The position numbers and the translations under genes were made by a program. A stretch of DNA of 64,000 nt. It comes from Octopus bimaculoides. Lineage: Eukaryota. Shown here piece by piece: positions 25,631 through 37,295 of this stretch. Every line of letters starts with the position of its first letter. Position 1 is the first letter of the stretch. The DNA is taken from the NCBI RefSeq assembly GCF_001194135.2, contig NC_068981.1:15095456-15159455 (forward strand), given 5' to 3'. The notes under the pieces are model-generated. The model made no database searches, was not told where the DNA came from, and saw only the letters and a list, made by a program, of their open reading frames with translations.

Positions 25631-27059
25631 TGAACAAATATTCCGCATGAAATTTAGGATATTTAATGAGATGAGATATTTCAGCATAAATAGGATATAT
25701 AACTAAAATATATATAGGGAAAGAAATACTACGGGCGGCCTTGCATTCACTAATGAAAAGACATTATTCCTATTAGCTCACGATAATGAAAATTATTACC
25801 ATGAAATTACAATTTTATTCACAGACGAAGTGTTCTTGACGCTACTAGAGTTTTAGAAAATGCTATCAATTAATCGGTATTTCTACAGATAAGATAGTTA
25901 TTGTACATTATAACCGTTTATCCTTGTATTTCGATGAACATACCATCGTTTTATTTGTTTGCTTTGGTTCTCCAAATGTGAAGTGTACTAATATTCTTTA
26001 TATTCTTTATAGGTTAAATGAATCGTGATTAAAAGAAACCGACGTAGGTGTATAAATAGTATCATGTAGACACACTAAGCAGATTAATACCTACAATAAC
26101 TTGCTTTGAGTCAACTGCGCAGTTTGTCTGAACTTGAGGTCAATTTGATTATACAGTGAACATCGCATGGTAACAAGTCAAAAGATTGAAAATTTAATAT
26201 TGCATGATAAAAATAAAAAATTCAATCTAATCAACTAGCAAACATCATGAAAACAGACAGCGCAATGATTGGCATCGTTAAAAATATTCATTAATGAAAA
26301 CATAAATAATCCAAAATTCCAATCGATTTTCCCCGACAGCCAACGTCATTTACAATCAAAATGTTTTCGTTATAAATTTCCAACACTGGTACTTATACTT
26401 TGTACGCTACATCAGTATGGTACAACACTAAATAAGTGATATAATCAATTTATTATTTGATAACTTCCAAATATTATTTAAGCGTCGACAGGAATTCAAA
26501 ACCATAGAAAGGAAAGTCAAGGCATTCCTATACATTTTTCTAATCCTTGTCGGAACATTCCATTCACACGCAACATCCTAAGCAAATGCATTCATATCCA
26601 CACATGTACCTACAGACACACAAACATTGAAATGCACATGCATATATGGATACGTACACAGGTACACCGACATATATATCAATTGCATTCATTACTGGAA
26701 TAATAACACACCAGTGATCTTAGGCATTTTTTTCAGTGATTTAGGCCATAAAAGAAATTAAATTTTTAACAACCTAGAATCACAATGGATATATACCGAT
26801 ATATACATATACGGAAATACGTACCATGGTATTTTGAGCAATACATCTAAGATCGATTTCGTTAAGGTAGATGTAAATGTAGAGAAAGTAAACCGTGTGT
26901 AAATTGACTGTGCTAGAAGGGAAGGTACGAACGGTGCTATTAGACGATAGACTGTGCTATTAGTTTACGTATTACAAAAATGTTGATTACAAATGGACTT
27001 ATCATTTCATACAAATTAAAGATTATCTGCACCAAGAAATAAGGGGGGGGAGTGGAAAT

Positions 27060-28230
27060 AGGTAATGAGGCGCCGCTTGCTAGATCAACTGGTTATCAGG
27101 ATTCGCTCGATGTTCTTCTAGCCGTTGCTCATCGTCTGTTTTTAGCCACATCCAGTAACTTCCCCTTTCCACTGTAGTTTGGATATTACTCATGGTGATA
27201 TTTACCTTACGTTGAATTAGGACTAACTATACAAATGTCGCCTCACATTGTGTCCAACGAATCTGCGACATCCGACTTCGATTGGAAAACGCTCCGCTTT
27301 CCAGGCTGCGTCTTCTCATTCCATGAGGTGGTTTTCATAAGTTTCAATCTTTCGTACCCGAGTGGCATCCATGTTATCTTCATGAGGAACTAGATTTACC
27401 ATTTTCTTTCTTTCACACCATATTATGATATCCGATACCCGGTTTCTCCGTAACTGGAAGGAGAAAGAATCCTTGGCACCTGGTGAATATGCCTCCACCG
27501 CCAAATACTCGTTCCATTTTTCACAAGCAATGTCATCTTCTTCAAACAGATCCGCTGCACCGAGAGCCGCGAAGGTAATGAGATCTCTGGTTGGTTCTTT
27601 TAATGGTTTTCTTGCCACTGTTGATGAGAGTATTGAATATGTAGCATTGAAGATAACCTTAACGACCAGATTTTGCCTCCATGTATATCTATCCAATGCC
27701 AGTGGACAGTTGGAAAGAATATATCTCAGTGTTCTGACATTTCCACATCTGCCTATATCATTTCTGATACGTTCCATCTTACTACGTTAGTAGTCGATGG
27801 CAAGACATTGTAGGACAAACAAATTGGAAAACTTAGAGATGATGTAGTCCACTTCCACATTTCATTCCAACTTATTTTTCCCTCAACAACGTGTTCCTCC
27901 CATTTCGTCATCTGTCCTTGTTGAGATCATTCAATCAAATGAAGCTCTCTCCTCTGTCTGGTTGCCTTGGTTTGATACTGCTTTCCTTGCACACCATGCC
28001 TGCAAACGGTCTGAACCTATCTAAGCCATATCATCCAAGTACTTTCCGACAAATTTGCGTTGCAACCACCATAACTCAGTGAACACAAGATGTCAACAGC
28101 CTCTCTTTTTGATTTCCGCTGCTTTCCACATCTGCTGGATTACACCTGATTTCTATATATTTCGATTCTTTCAGCATCATCACCGTTCGTACCATCCCTA
28201 CTCTATAAATTTTGATTATTGACCCTTGTG
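27060..28230 (-). mobile_element. Hero-like non-LTR retrotransposon 3' fragment (zinc knuckle plus restriction-like endonuclease), pseudogenised
   Basis: Minus strand QGQMTKWEE..KISWNEMWKW..SYNVLPS, GRCGNVRTLRYILSNCPLALDRYTWRQNLV (eroded CCHC), RVSDIIIW..NLVPHEDN..RKIETY, WKAERFPIEVGCRRF, VERGSYWMWLKR. Clade assignment is from recalled motifs. Confidence 0.88.
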
Positions 28231-28469
28231 GTAATTGCAACGAGCGTGGTTTTACGATACAATGCTGAGATGTTCCATATCCGAAGTAGGCCTAGTCATT
28301 TTGTAATGAACACATTGCACTTTTGCGCAGTGATTTGATCTTGTGACAATGAAACCTCGTATACTGAAAGTGGCCACATACATATATATGTATGTGTGTG
28401 TACGTATAGGTTTTAAATAGTTATTTATGTATGTATGTATGTATGTATGTGTATAGGACTTTAAATAGG

Positions 28470-30010
28470 ACTTTATCAGGTATTCATTGATTTTACTAAG
28501 ACTTTTGACTTTGTCAGTCGAACTGCTTTGTGGGAGATCTTGAGGAGACTTGGATGCATAGTAAAGATTCTCACTTTTCTGAAGCAGTTTCATGATGGCA
28601 TGGAGGTAAGGTTAAACATTGGCGGAAAGCTCTCGGAGCCTATCTCTATCATGAATGGAGTAAAATAACGTAACACATTAGCACCCACTCTCTTCAGCCT
28701 CTATTTTATTATAGTTTTTTTTTCCATTGGCTTTCAAAGCCTCCTATATATATCAGCTATCACATAGCAGGTAAAATCTTTAACATCAGAAGACTGTCAG
28801 CTTAGTTAAGGGCGTCCTCAACTCTTATTAGAGACCTCCTCTATGCAGATGATTATGATATTGTCATTCATACTGAAGAGGACATGGAAAATCTTATGAA
28901 TGCAATTTCAACGGTTTGTGAGGCACTTGGCTGAACCATAAACTTGGCTTAACCAAAACCGTTGTCATATTTCAGCCAGCACTAGGATTGCCATACATAG
29001 AATCTGGTATCTTCGTGTATGGAAGAAAACTTTCTGTGGTTTCTAAGTTGGTTTACTTAGGAATCACACTAAACAAATCACTGAATCTTGATTATGAAGC
29101 GTCACTTAGCATTCAGAAAGCCAGTTTTGCTTTAGGCAAACTGGTCTAAACATGTTATTTCTACTGTGACAAAGATTAACGTATACAATACATGTATCTT
29201 AACCTCATTATTGTATGCTTGCGAAACCTGGGCTGTGTATCGTAAGCACTTAAAATTTATGGAACGTTTTCATCGACAATGTCTCAGAATAATATCGAGG
29301 ATCAGGTGGAAAATGTTTGTGAGTGACGATCAGGGGCTGAATTAGGGAAATGTTTCAGTATTGAAACTTTGCTATTGCATTAGAGATTGAGATGGCGTGG
29401 ACACTTAGTCAGAATGACAGACAACAGAATGCCTAAACAACTTTTTACGGAGAATGGGTGACAGGTAAGCGTCCGTCCCATAAACGAAAGATGACGTACA
29501 AAACTATCTGAAGTCGGGATTGAATAAGATAAATGTTCCAATTGACAACTAGAAAGATTTAACGCATTACCGAAAAGAAATGGAAAAAAGTTGTGCATAA
29601 AGGCAAAAATGAATTTGAAAGAAATAGAATTGAGCATGTAAAGATCAAAAGAAAGGTGATAAAAACTAACAGGAATGATGTTCTAACAAGCATTAACGAA
29701 AGTGATGATCTTACATGTGATGAATATTGTGGAAAGATTTGCCTTAGTAAGCCTAGGCTAAAGAGCCATATGAAATCACACATTGCACATCTGCACATTG
29801 ATTATAGATGGACAGATGAATTCGAATGCATATTCTGTCATAAAGTATGCAGATCAAACGTGGATTGAGAAAGCATAGTAAAGTTCATGGAGCTGTAATC
29901 ACCAGGTTTTCTTGCACTAATTATCAAAAAAGCATGCAAGTTTATGGAAAGCCTCAAAAGCCACATTCGTGGAGCTCATCGATGATATTCAAGGGAATAA
30001 AGAAATCAGG
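28470..30010 (+). mobile_element. RTE (BovB-like) LINE, 5'-truncated, RT pseudogene
   Basis: FIDFTKTFDFVSRTALWEILRRLGC, NGVK*RNTLAPTLFSLYF, DLLYADD (~28840-28855), CETWAVYRKHLKFMERFHRQCLR, RLRWRGHLVRM, C-terminal C2H2 fingers, then an (ATGT)n tail. Multiple stops and frameshifts. Confidence 0.93.
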
Positions 30011-30189
30011 GAATGGCTCTACTCGAAATCGAGTTGGCAACTATCATCATGTATGTATGTATGTAGGTATGTATGATGCATGCATGCATTTAAGTATGTA
30101 TTTATGTATCTATGTATGTATATATGTACAGAACATGCTCGAGCTAAATTTAACATCTTGCATAAAAGGAAAAGAAAAAGGGGTTGGTG

Positions 30190-30600
30190 CAGTCACTGAA
30201 ATTCTCCAGCATCCACTTCTGACTCTTTCCACACATATGACAAGAAGCTGATTCCTGCTGTCACACATATGGCCATCCAACAACAATCCTCTCCTGCCAC
30301 GATTTGACCACAGTCTCCAACAACTTAACATGGCCATCAAAATTGAGCCCAAGTCCCTGTTCAAAGAGGTCTACATGATTGTTTTAGTACTTGCACTTTC
30401 CTGCTGGCCACGACTTCGTAGTCTCCATTGCAGCTGTCCATGCCACGTCTTATAGCCTTCACAAATCATTGAACACTAGTCATGATGTTGACATTTTGAT
30501 ACCCACTGTAAATAATAACGATACAAGTAACAATTTTCCGAGATTCATCCCGGCTCCAGTACATGCTTTCAGCAAACGTTTTCTCAACAGCAACTTTAAT
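30190..30600 (-). mobile_element. maT/DD37D-type transposase fragment
   Basis: Minus strand LFEQGLGLNFDGHVKLLETVVKSWQERIVVGWPYV*QQESASCHMCGKSQKWMLENFSDCTNP (~30190-30380) is homologous to the element at 521-1396. Right boundary uncertain. Confidence 0.8.
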
Positions 30601-30604
30601 ATTT

Positions 30605-31130
30605 ATGCTCTTGAACACCGTTGACTGTCAACCAATGTAGCATGTGATCGTCGCATTGACAATTCCAGAGAAATTCTGCCAAAAGCTTGACGAAGCCTAC
30701 GCAAATCTTTCAAAGATTTTCCCCGTACTCGATATAGTCAAGGAGATCTTTTGCAGCTGAAACCCGAGTGTCCTCTTGGTCAGCTGAAAGCAATTTTGGC
30801 ACAAGCGTAGCAGACACACATCTTATACACAAATCTTCAATGATAATGTATTGAACTGAACCTTACCTAATCTGCACATCCTCTGATAACTAATTTTTTC
30901 GGTCATCTTGGAAACGCCTGAACCACTCGTAGACTTGTGTGCGTCTCATACGCTCCTCTCCATACAGTTACTGCTTAGGCCTCTGAACAGGTATCGCCAT
31001 GACAACCTTCTCTGTCATAGTCAATGCGACTATCACATGTTACACATCTTTGTTCAAAGCAGGGCTGCAATGAAAATCCCGTGCGCATGCGCAGCAGAAG
31101 TCAAGGTCAATATCTGCCGAGCCGTTTTAC
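30605..31130 (-). mobile_element. Mariner transposase N-terminal remnant with inverted duplication
   Basis: Minus strand YGEERMRRTQVYEWFRRFQDDR and GSVQYIIIEDLCIRCVSATLVPKLLSADQEDTRVSAAKDLL (HTH region and WVP-like linker). Inverted repeat 30637-30660 / 31020-31043, 22 of 24 identical. Confidence 0.8.
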
Positions 31131-31214
31131 TCTGCGTACTTTAGCTTCATTAGTATCGCAAAGGTGCCTATACTTATTCATTCAGAAACGTATATATATA
31201 TATATGTATGTGCG

Positions 31215-31265
<51 letters not shown>

Positions 31266-31614
31266 GCGCTCAGACGCAAACATACATACATGTATATGGA
31301 AAGAAGTGTATTCCTACACAGGAAGAAATATAAGACAACTTGTTTTGGGGTGTGAAGATACAACTGGAGATGAAAAAATTCGTAGTTGTTTTTAAATAGA
31401 TTTATTCACATACATGCCAAATGAATTTCAACAATCTATTTCAAGAATGGTACAAATAAGTATATATCAAAGAGATTTTAACAGAGTTTAAAATTATCAA
31501 CAGGTTAAAATATCAGATGAATAAATGATCACATAAAATTCAATAAGTTTCACAGGGATAGATACTATCAAAGTAAATGTCAGTTATATCTATCACTAAA
31601 TCTATCTATCTATA

Positions 31615-31850
31615 TAGGGTTGCCCAAAAGTTGCAATTATTCAACTATCTCTTTCGCATTCATATATTAACAGCTTAGATCTGAATTGTAAAAAAAAAAA
31701 AAATGAAACCATTATTCTATGTTAATTTAGTTAATTTTTTTCAAGCCCCCTTTTCAGTTTGTAAGAAAGACATTTAAATTTAATAACGTGTTTTAAAATA
31801 AACTTAAGGTGCCTACTTGATAATTGTAAACCTACTTTTGAGCCACCCTG
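31615..31850. mobile_element. Tc1/mariner-type MITE (236 bp) with TA target duplication
   Basis: TA|tagggttgcccaaaagttgcaattat ... ataattgtaaacctacttttgagccaccctg|TA; no coding capacity. Confidence 0.85.
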
Positions 31851-31874
31851 TAGATCTGTCGATATATATATATA

Positions 31875-32520
31875 TGTAATATAACGTCACAATTATTCGG
31901 TTGCCATACTAAGGCAATCATGCCTCGATAACTGACGAGATGCTGGAGCAGTTTTCCGCCCCGTCATCCGAAACTCGCAGTCTCATTATGGCAACCGAAT
32001 AATTGTCGCATAGTATATTACAGATACATTCCTCTATTTACATAATATCAAGGTCTCATTCATGCTTTTGTTGTCTTACCATTACTATTGATAAATTACC
32101 TACCGTATACTGCTATTTTTTCCGTAAAAGCTAATATAGCTTATTTTGAGAGAACGCCATAAATCGGTTGAGGACTCTGCCCCGCAGAAGAATTCTATAT
32201 GGACGCCTACAAAATAGATTATTCTATGAAAAACGTACCTATACCATCCAGGGAACTATACTCTAAAAAGCTTTTGGAGAAAATTACAGAACTTATTAAG
32301 CGTATGAGATGGAAAGCTTTCTTTTACAAATGGAAGAGGACACTACAGAGAACATATTCTATGGAATTAAATCAAAGAAATTCCCTCCAAAAATCAAAGG
32401 CTTGGAAGACTTCGAAACGGACCTACTGAAGCTCATGAACAAAATAAAATTTCGTAAGTCTTTTAACACTTTCCAACACAAACTCAGAAAAAGATATCAA
32501 ATACGTAAAGAGTTAAAAAA
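31875..32520 (+). mobile_element. Penelope-like element 5' fragment (hammerhead-like leader plus ORF N-terminus)
   Basis: MDAYKIDYSMKNVPIPSRELYSKKLLEKITELIKRMRWKAFFY (32199-) and YGIKSKKFPPKIKGLEDFETDLLKLMNKIKFRK..FQHKL match the N-terminus I associate with PLE ORFs. A CTGACGAG...CGAAAC motif lies upstream. Confidence 0.8.
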
Positions 32521-32778
32521 AAAAAACCACACTTTTTTTCTGATAGAGCCAAAAATGTATATCTCTATATCAAATACCTTACATTCCGTGTCGTTGGTCA
32601 TTTCCTTAAAAAATCGCTTTATATTAATTGCACAAATTTAATTTACATTGATATCTGTCCTACTGATTTTTATTAGTAAACTTGGTAAATGTAATGTTAT
32701 TGATAGATTACTTTTGAGACTCAAAGTATAAGGTGAAATGCATCATAAAAAGTTTTGCCCTTTAAATGTCAGAGATTA

Positions 32779-32786
32779 CCTACACA

Positions 32787-32883
<97 letters not shown>

Positions 32884-33010
32884 GTATGTATATATATATG
32901 TATGTATGTGTATATATATAAATATATACATATATATGTATTTATATATATATAGTTAGATACATACATACATTCATACAAATACACGCACACAGATACA
33001 CACATATATA
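32779..33010. repeat. Compound (CA)n/(TA)n microsatellite
   Basis: Directly visible. Confidence 0.95.
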
Positions 33011-33618
33011 TAGTGCCGCTAATTTGGTTCATATAAAGCTTGAAACGATTATTTCAACAATATATTCAGAATGATGCTTCTCGTTAACTTTAAACGGACA
33101 GTAGCATCTGATTAATTTGCACCAACGTGTTATGATCAAGTAGGTAACCTTATATAATAACTGATTTTCTTAACTATGATTCCGTGAAAAGCAGCACAAG
33201 ACCAACTTCTCTTACTTATGTTAGTACTTCTTTTACTCAATTTAGTAAATCAAGTTTTGCTGAAACCTCCTCTCTACCTACACACAATGCTCATATATAT
33301 TTCACAAACGAACTGCAATATACTCCTTCAGACGAAACATTCCACGAAAATTAAGGTTGTTTTCAATTTTAGAGTCTAAAACTTCTATTTCATCTTTCAT
33401 TTAATTTATTTTCCCAAAGCTATAAAGCACGGGTTTCGCTGTCTTCACCACTATCGTATTTATCTAATAGACTTGAAATAATTTTGAACGCCTGTACAAG
33501 CTTTAATTATGTCAAATATATTCCCTTCACTTCTTTCCCCTTAATATCACAGAACTGCAGTATGCCTAGATACTTGTATCCATTGCCAAAGCGTTATAAC
33601 ATCCGTTAAGTATATTCT

Positions 33619-33767
33619 TATCCTATTTAGGCACAAGGCCCGAAATTTTGGGGGAGGGGGCCAGTAGATTGAATCGATCCCAGTATGCAACTGGCACTTA
33701 ATTTATCGACTCCGAAAGGATGAAAGACAAAGTCGACCTCGGCGGAATTTGAACTCAGAACGAAATA
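33619..33767 (-). mobile_element. SINE family 2, 5'-truncated, with a 23 bp target-site duplication
   Basis: Minus strand gttctgagttcaaattccgccgaggtcgactttgtctttcatcctttcggagtcgataaattaagtgccag (B-box, then a conserved domain resembling Meta/MESC as I recall it). Flanked by identical ataacatccgttaagtatattct at 33596-33618 and 33768-33790. Confidence 0.92.
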
Positions 33768-34124
33768 ATAACATCCGTTAAGTATATTCTAATGGAATGG
33801 CTTGTATTCTTTCACTTCATGGTTAAAGCCACACAGTTCGATATAGCAATCTCCAATCCAATATCAGTGCAACACTCCTTCACTGTATTAACAACTCTCA
33901 CTTTTCTGTCCTTGTAATTACTTGAATTTATCCATGAAAACTTAATGAATTAGATAGTGAGTATTTTTGACTTCTTTTAAGCTATCGCATTGTTGTCTGT
34001 CAATTACTGTGTGGATTGACAATAACAAATGGATGAAACAATTCTCCTGTTTCAAATAACTCAGTCTTCAAACTCATCAAACTCATATTAGTTTCAAATT
34101 TTCGCACAAGGACAGATAGCTCGG

Positions 34125-34300
34125 AGGAAGGGATGAATCGATTACATCGAGTCCAGAGCTCCACTGCTACTATTTCATCGATACCCCCGAAAAGAGGGAA
34201 AGTAAACTAGCCCTCGGCAGAATATGAACTCAGAAGGTAAAGACGGACAGAGTACCGAGAAGCATTTTCCTCGCGGTATGCTGCCAGTTTGCCGTCCTAA
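34125..34300 (-). mobile_element. SINE family 2, degenerate copy
   Basis: tttcatcgatacccccgaaaagagggaaagtaaactagccctcggcagaatatgaactcagaaggtaaagacggac...aagcatttt. Confidence 0.75.
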
Positions 34301-35812
34301 ATCATCCTCAGACTTATACGATAGCGTGGAAGCCTAGCGCCGAGGTTAAAGATGTGACTTATAGGTATGTTGTCAAATATTATCATCGACACCACACTCA
34401 AAGAATTATTTGACCATTGTTTGAGTGTTGTGTCGATGATAAACATATCTAATTTTTCTTCTGAAGTCGACCTATTCAATGCTTAGATTAGTCTGTCATC
34501 GCTTTTAATCCTTAATTATCGTTTTATCAATGATGTGATTGTTTTCTGCTTTTATTAGACTTTCCATTCGAAGTGAATATTAAGGACGTGTATTTTTACT
34601 TTTGAGGACAAAGTCACAATGTTTGAATAGAAAACTTATATACTATTATCATTCTTAAAATGTAATTTAGCAGTAACTCGCAATGCATATTTCACACGAG
34701 AAAAATAAAATATCCAGGTATTTTTTACCAACTTGCTCTTCTGGCTTTCATATCCCACATCCTGATTATTTAATTAATACTTTTCCAAAACTCACTTTTA
34801 AATATTTCACTAAATATATATGGGACAATGATGAAACGGAAACTACCCACTGGAAAACGATTAAATTTTCCAGTTATAAATAAATATATCTGAATGTTTT
34901 GCATAGCACTCATAGTTTATGTGTAATATTCTTGAAGATGGTATTCTAGCATTCTGAAAAGACATCCCAGTACCTGTTTAACGCCTTCGTATTCATTTTT
35001 ACCTCAACATTTTGGTTTATTGCCAAGTGGACATAGGTATCAATTCGAATTAAAGAATATGGTTTTATATTTCTCAATTGATCAAGAAGCTGCAGCGGCC
35101 AGTAGTAGATGTTTCCCGTCTGTCGACGATATGAGCTTCGTTGCTTTTATGTACCATGAGTTCACTAAGTGACCCGCTCAAGAAAGATAACAGTATTTTC
35201 TGTTCTAACACACCATAAAAGTTAAGTTGGAGGTAAGGATTGCTTTTCTGTTGTTGTTTCTTTATCTATCTCATTTACTATTATGTATTAAGTTTAGATA
35301 TAATGTAGCCCGTAATTTATCGTAACTATTGAAGCTCATTTTATCATAATTTTATATTGCCTTCATCAAATTCGAAATACTAACTTTTAAAGACATTTCT
35401 AGTCCTACTGTTTCGTATGCAATAATTTATTCTATTTTTGTTAGGCTCCCTTCCCTTAGTGTTCGATTTATGTATATTCAGTCTAAGCTAACTCCAAGGA
35501 GTTGACTTCAGAAGAGTGTTTGTAGTTTATTTTGTATTCCAGGTTCTTTAATTCACTTAAGCCGTCCTTTCCTTATGTTACTGTATTACGAGAATCACTT
35601 TCCGTTGCATGTCTCTTGCATTTTTGCAAGAAGCAAGCTTCTTACATTGTAGAGGTTTTCCATTTGCACTGGTTCCTTATATAACCTATGTCTATAAGAT
35701 GTACATAGTCTTCCTGTAAAAGCTTTTTTTAATGTATTTATGGAAAGCTATAAGTACTATTATTGCTCAACTCATCATTTTCCTCTTCCTCGTCCTTCTC
35801 ATACATCCTTCA

Positions 35813-35900
35813 TTTTACTACTACTACTACTGCTTCTTCTTCTTCTTCTTCTTCTTCTTTTCTTCTCCCTCTTCTCCTTCTTCTTCTCTTCTTTCTCCTC
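35813..35900. repeat. (TAC)n-(TTC)n trinucleotide / pyrimidine-rich tract
   Basis: Directly visible. Confidence 0.93.
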
Positions 35901-37159
35901 TTCTTCCACCTACTCTACCTCACCTACCGCTTTCTTTTGCCTCTCCTCTTTTATCTACTATATTCAGTTTATTGATCACTCTTTTTCATTCGGGTGCCAG
36001 AAATACAGTAATTTCTTTTCGGTCCTAAGGTAAGAATCTAGGATATTAGTAACATACATTAGTAACATCTTTATGAATATTATCATGAGTGTAAAACATT
36101 AATATTTGTAATCGATTTAGTTGAAATCATTACAGTTATATTCAGTGGTGGTTTAGTTTCGAGTACTTATTAGCGTAACTATTTTTCAGTCATATTACAA
36201 ACTATATATTACTCATGGGTATCTGGTTGCAGCATAGAATCACAAATACAATTGCTTGATTCTGAACAACTATAATGAAAACATAGATCAAACAGACTAT
36301 TTTTATTATTGAAACAGAAGCAGGATAGCATCCTCCATTTTGCCCTGACGAGGGGATATTAAGCACGAAATATTTAAATTAATAAACGTCTCATTTTAAT
36401 AAGATATCAGGAGCCTCGTTAATTTGGAGGAAATACATTTCATTATGGAATCATTCGTAATTCATTGGTGTATTGTGTACTTTAGCCTCATACCTATTCA
36501 TTTGAAATAAATTTATTCATGATTTGAATTTTCTACTCTAGATAACATACCATTTTTCCTTTTTCTCTAAACAACTTGTTTACTTCAAACTGCTCAATAG
36601 CAAAATGACGCACACATACACACAAACACACATACATATTTATATTTATAAATGCATATACATTTATGTATGTATGTATGTACAAATACTCCTATATAAT
36701 AGATATACGGATAAAGATGTGTGTGATGAAGCAATATATTTTTAATAATCTCATACTCACATTACTATACATATTCATTCAATGTCGATAGGTTTTCAAT
36801 TCATTATATTTATAATTAGCTTTTAAATAGAAGAACCATTTAAAACCCCAAGTCCCCTTGTTCCTCACGACCTATTTTTGGCAGTCAACTCTCCTCGTGA
36901 CTTTCTTTCACCGAATATAAACGTTTTCTTAACATAATCTGTGTATGATTATGTTAAACAAAACGTTCCTAAATAACAGCATACTTTCAGAATACAGGAT
37001 AACAGGGAACAAAAATAAAATTAACTGTACAAACAATATATAGCATGAATATATTCATTCAAATGATTGTGCTTGTTTGCCTCAGCGTGATAAACTAAAC
37101 AGTGGATAAATGTTTTTCAGTGGTGTTTTTAAGAATGTTTCTATGTTCTTAATATTGAT

Positions 37160-37295
37160 TTCAAATGTTGGCACAAGACCAACAACTTCGGGCAAAGTGC
37201 TAAATGTTTTAGATCGACCACAGAGCTGAAGCAGTACTTATTTTATCGACCTCGAAAGGATGAAATGCAAAGAGGACCCCAGCGGAGGGCAATTT
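37160..37295 (-). mobile_element. SINE family 2, degenerate copy
   Basis: gcacaagaccaacaac...gtacttattttatcgacctcgaaaggatgaaatgcaaagaggaccccagcgg. Confidence 0.75.

Noticed and set aside
25430-25687. 85-aa minus-strand ORF with protein-like composition
   Set aside because: It is largely the antisense reading of a SINE family 2 copy.
36345-36390. CTGACGAG...CGAAAT motif
   Set aside because: Stem II and stem III do not pair; at best a highly decayed remnant.
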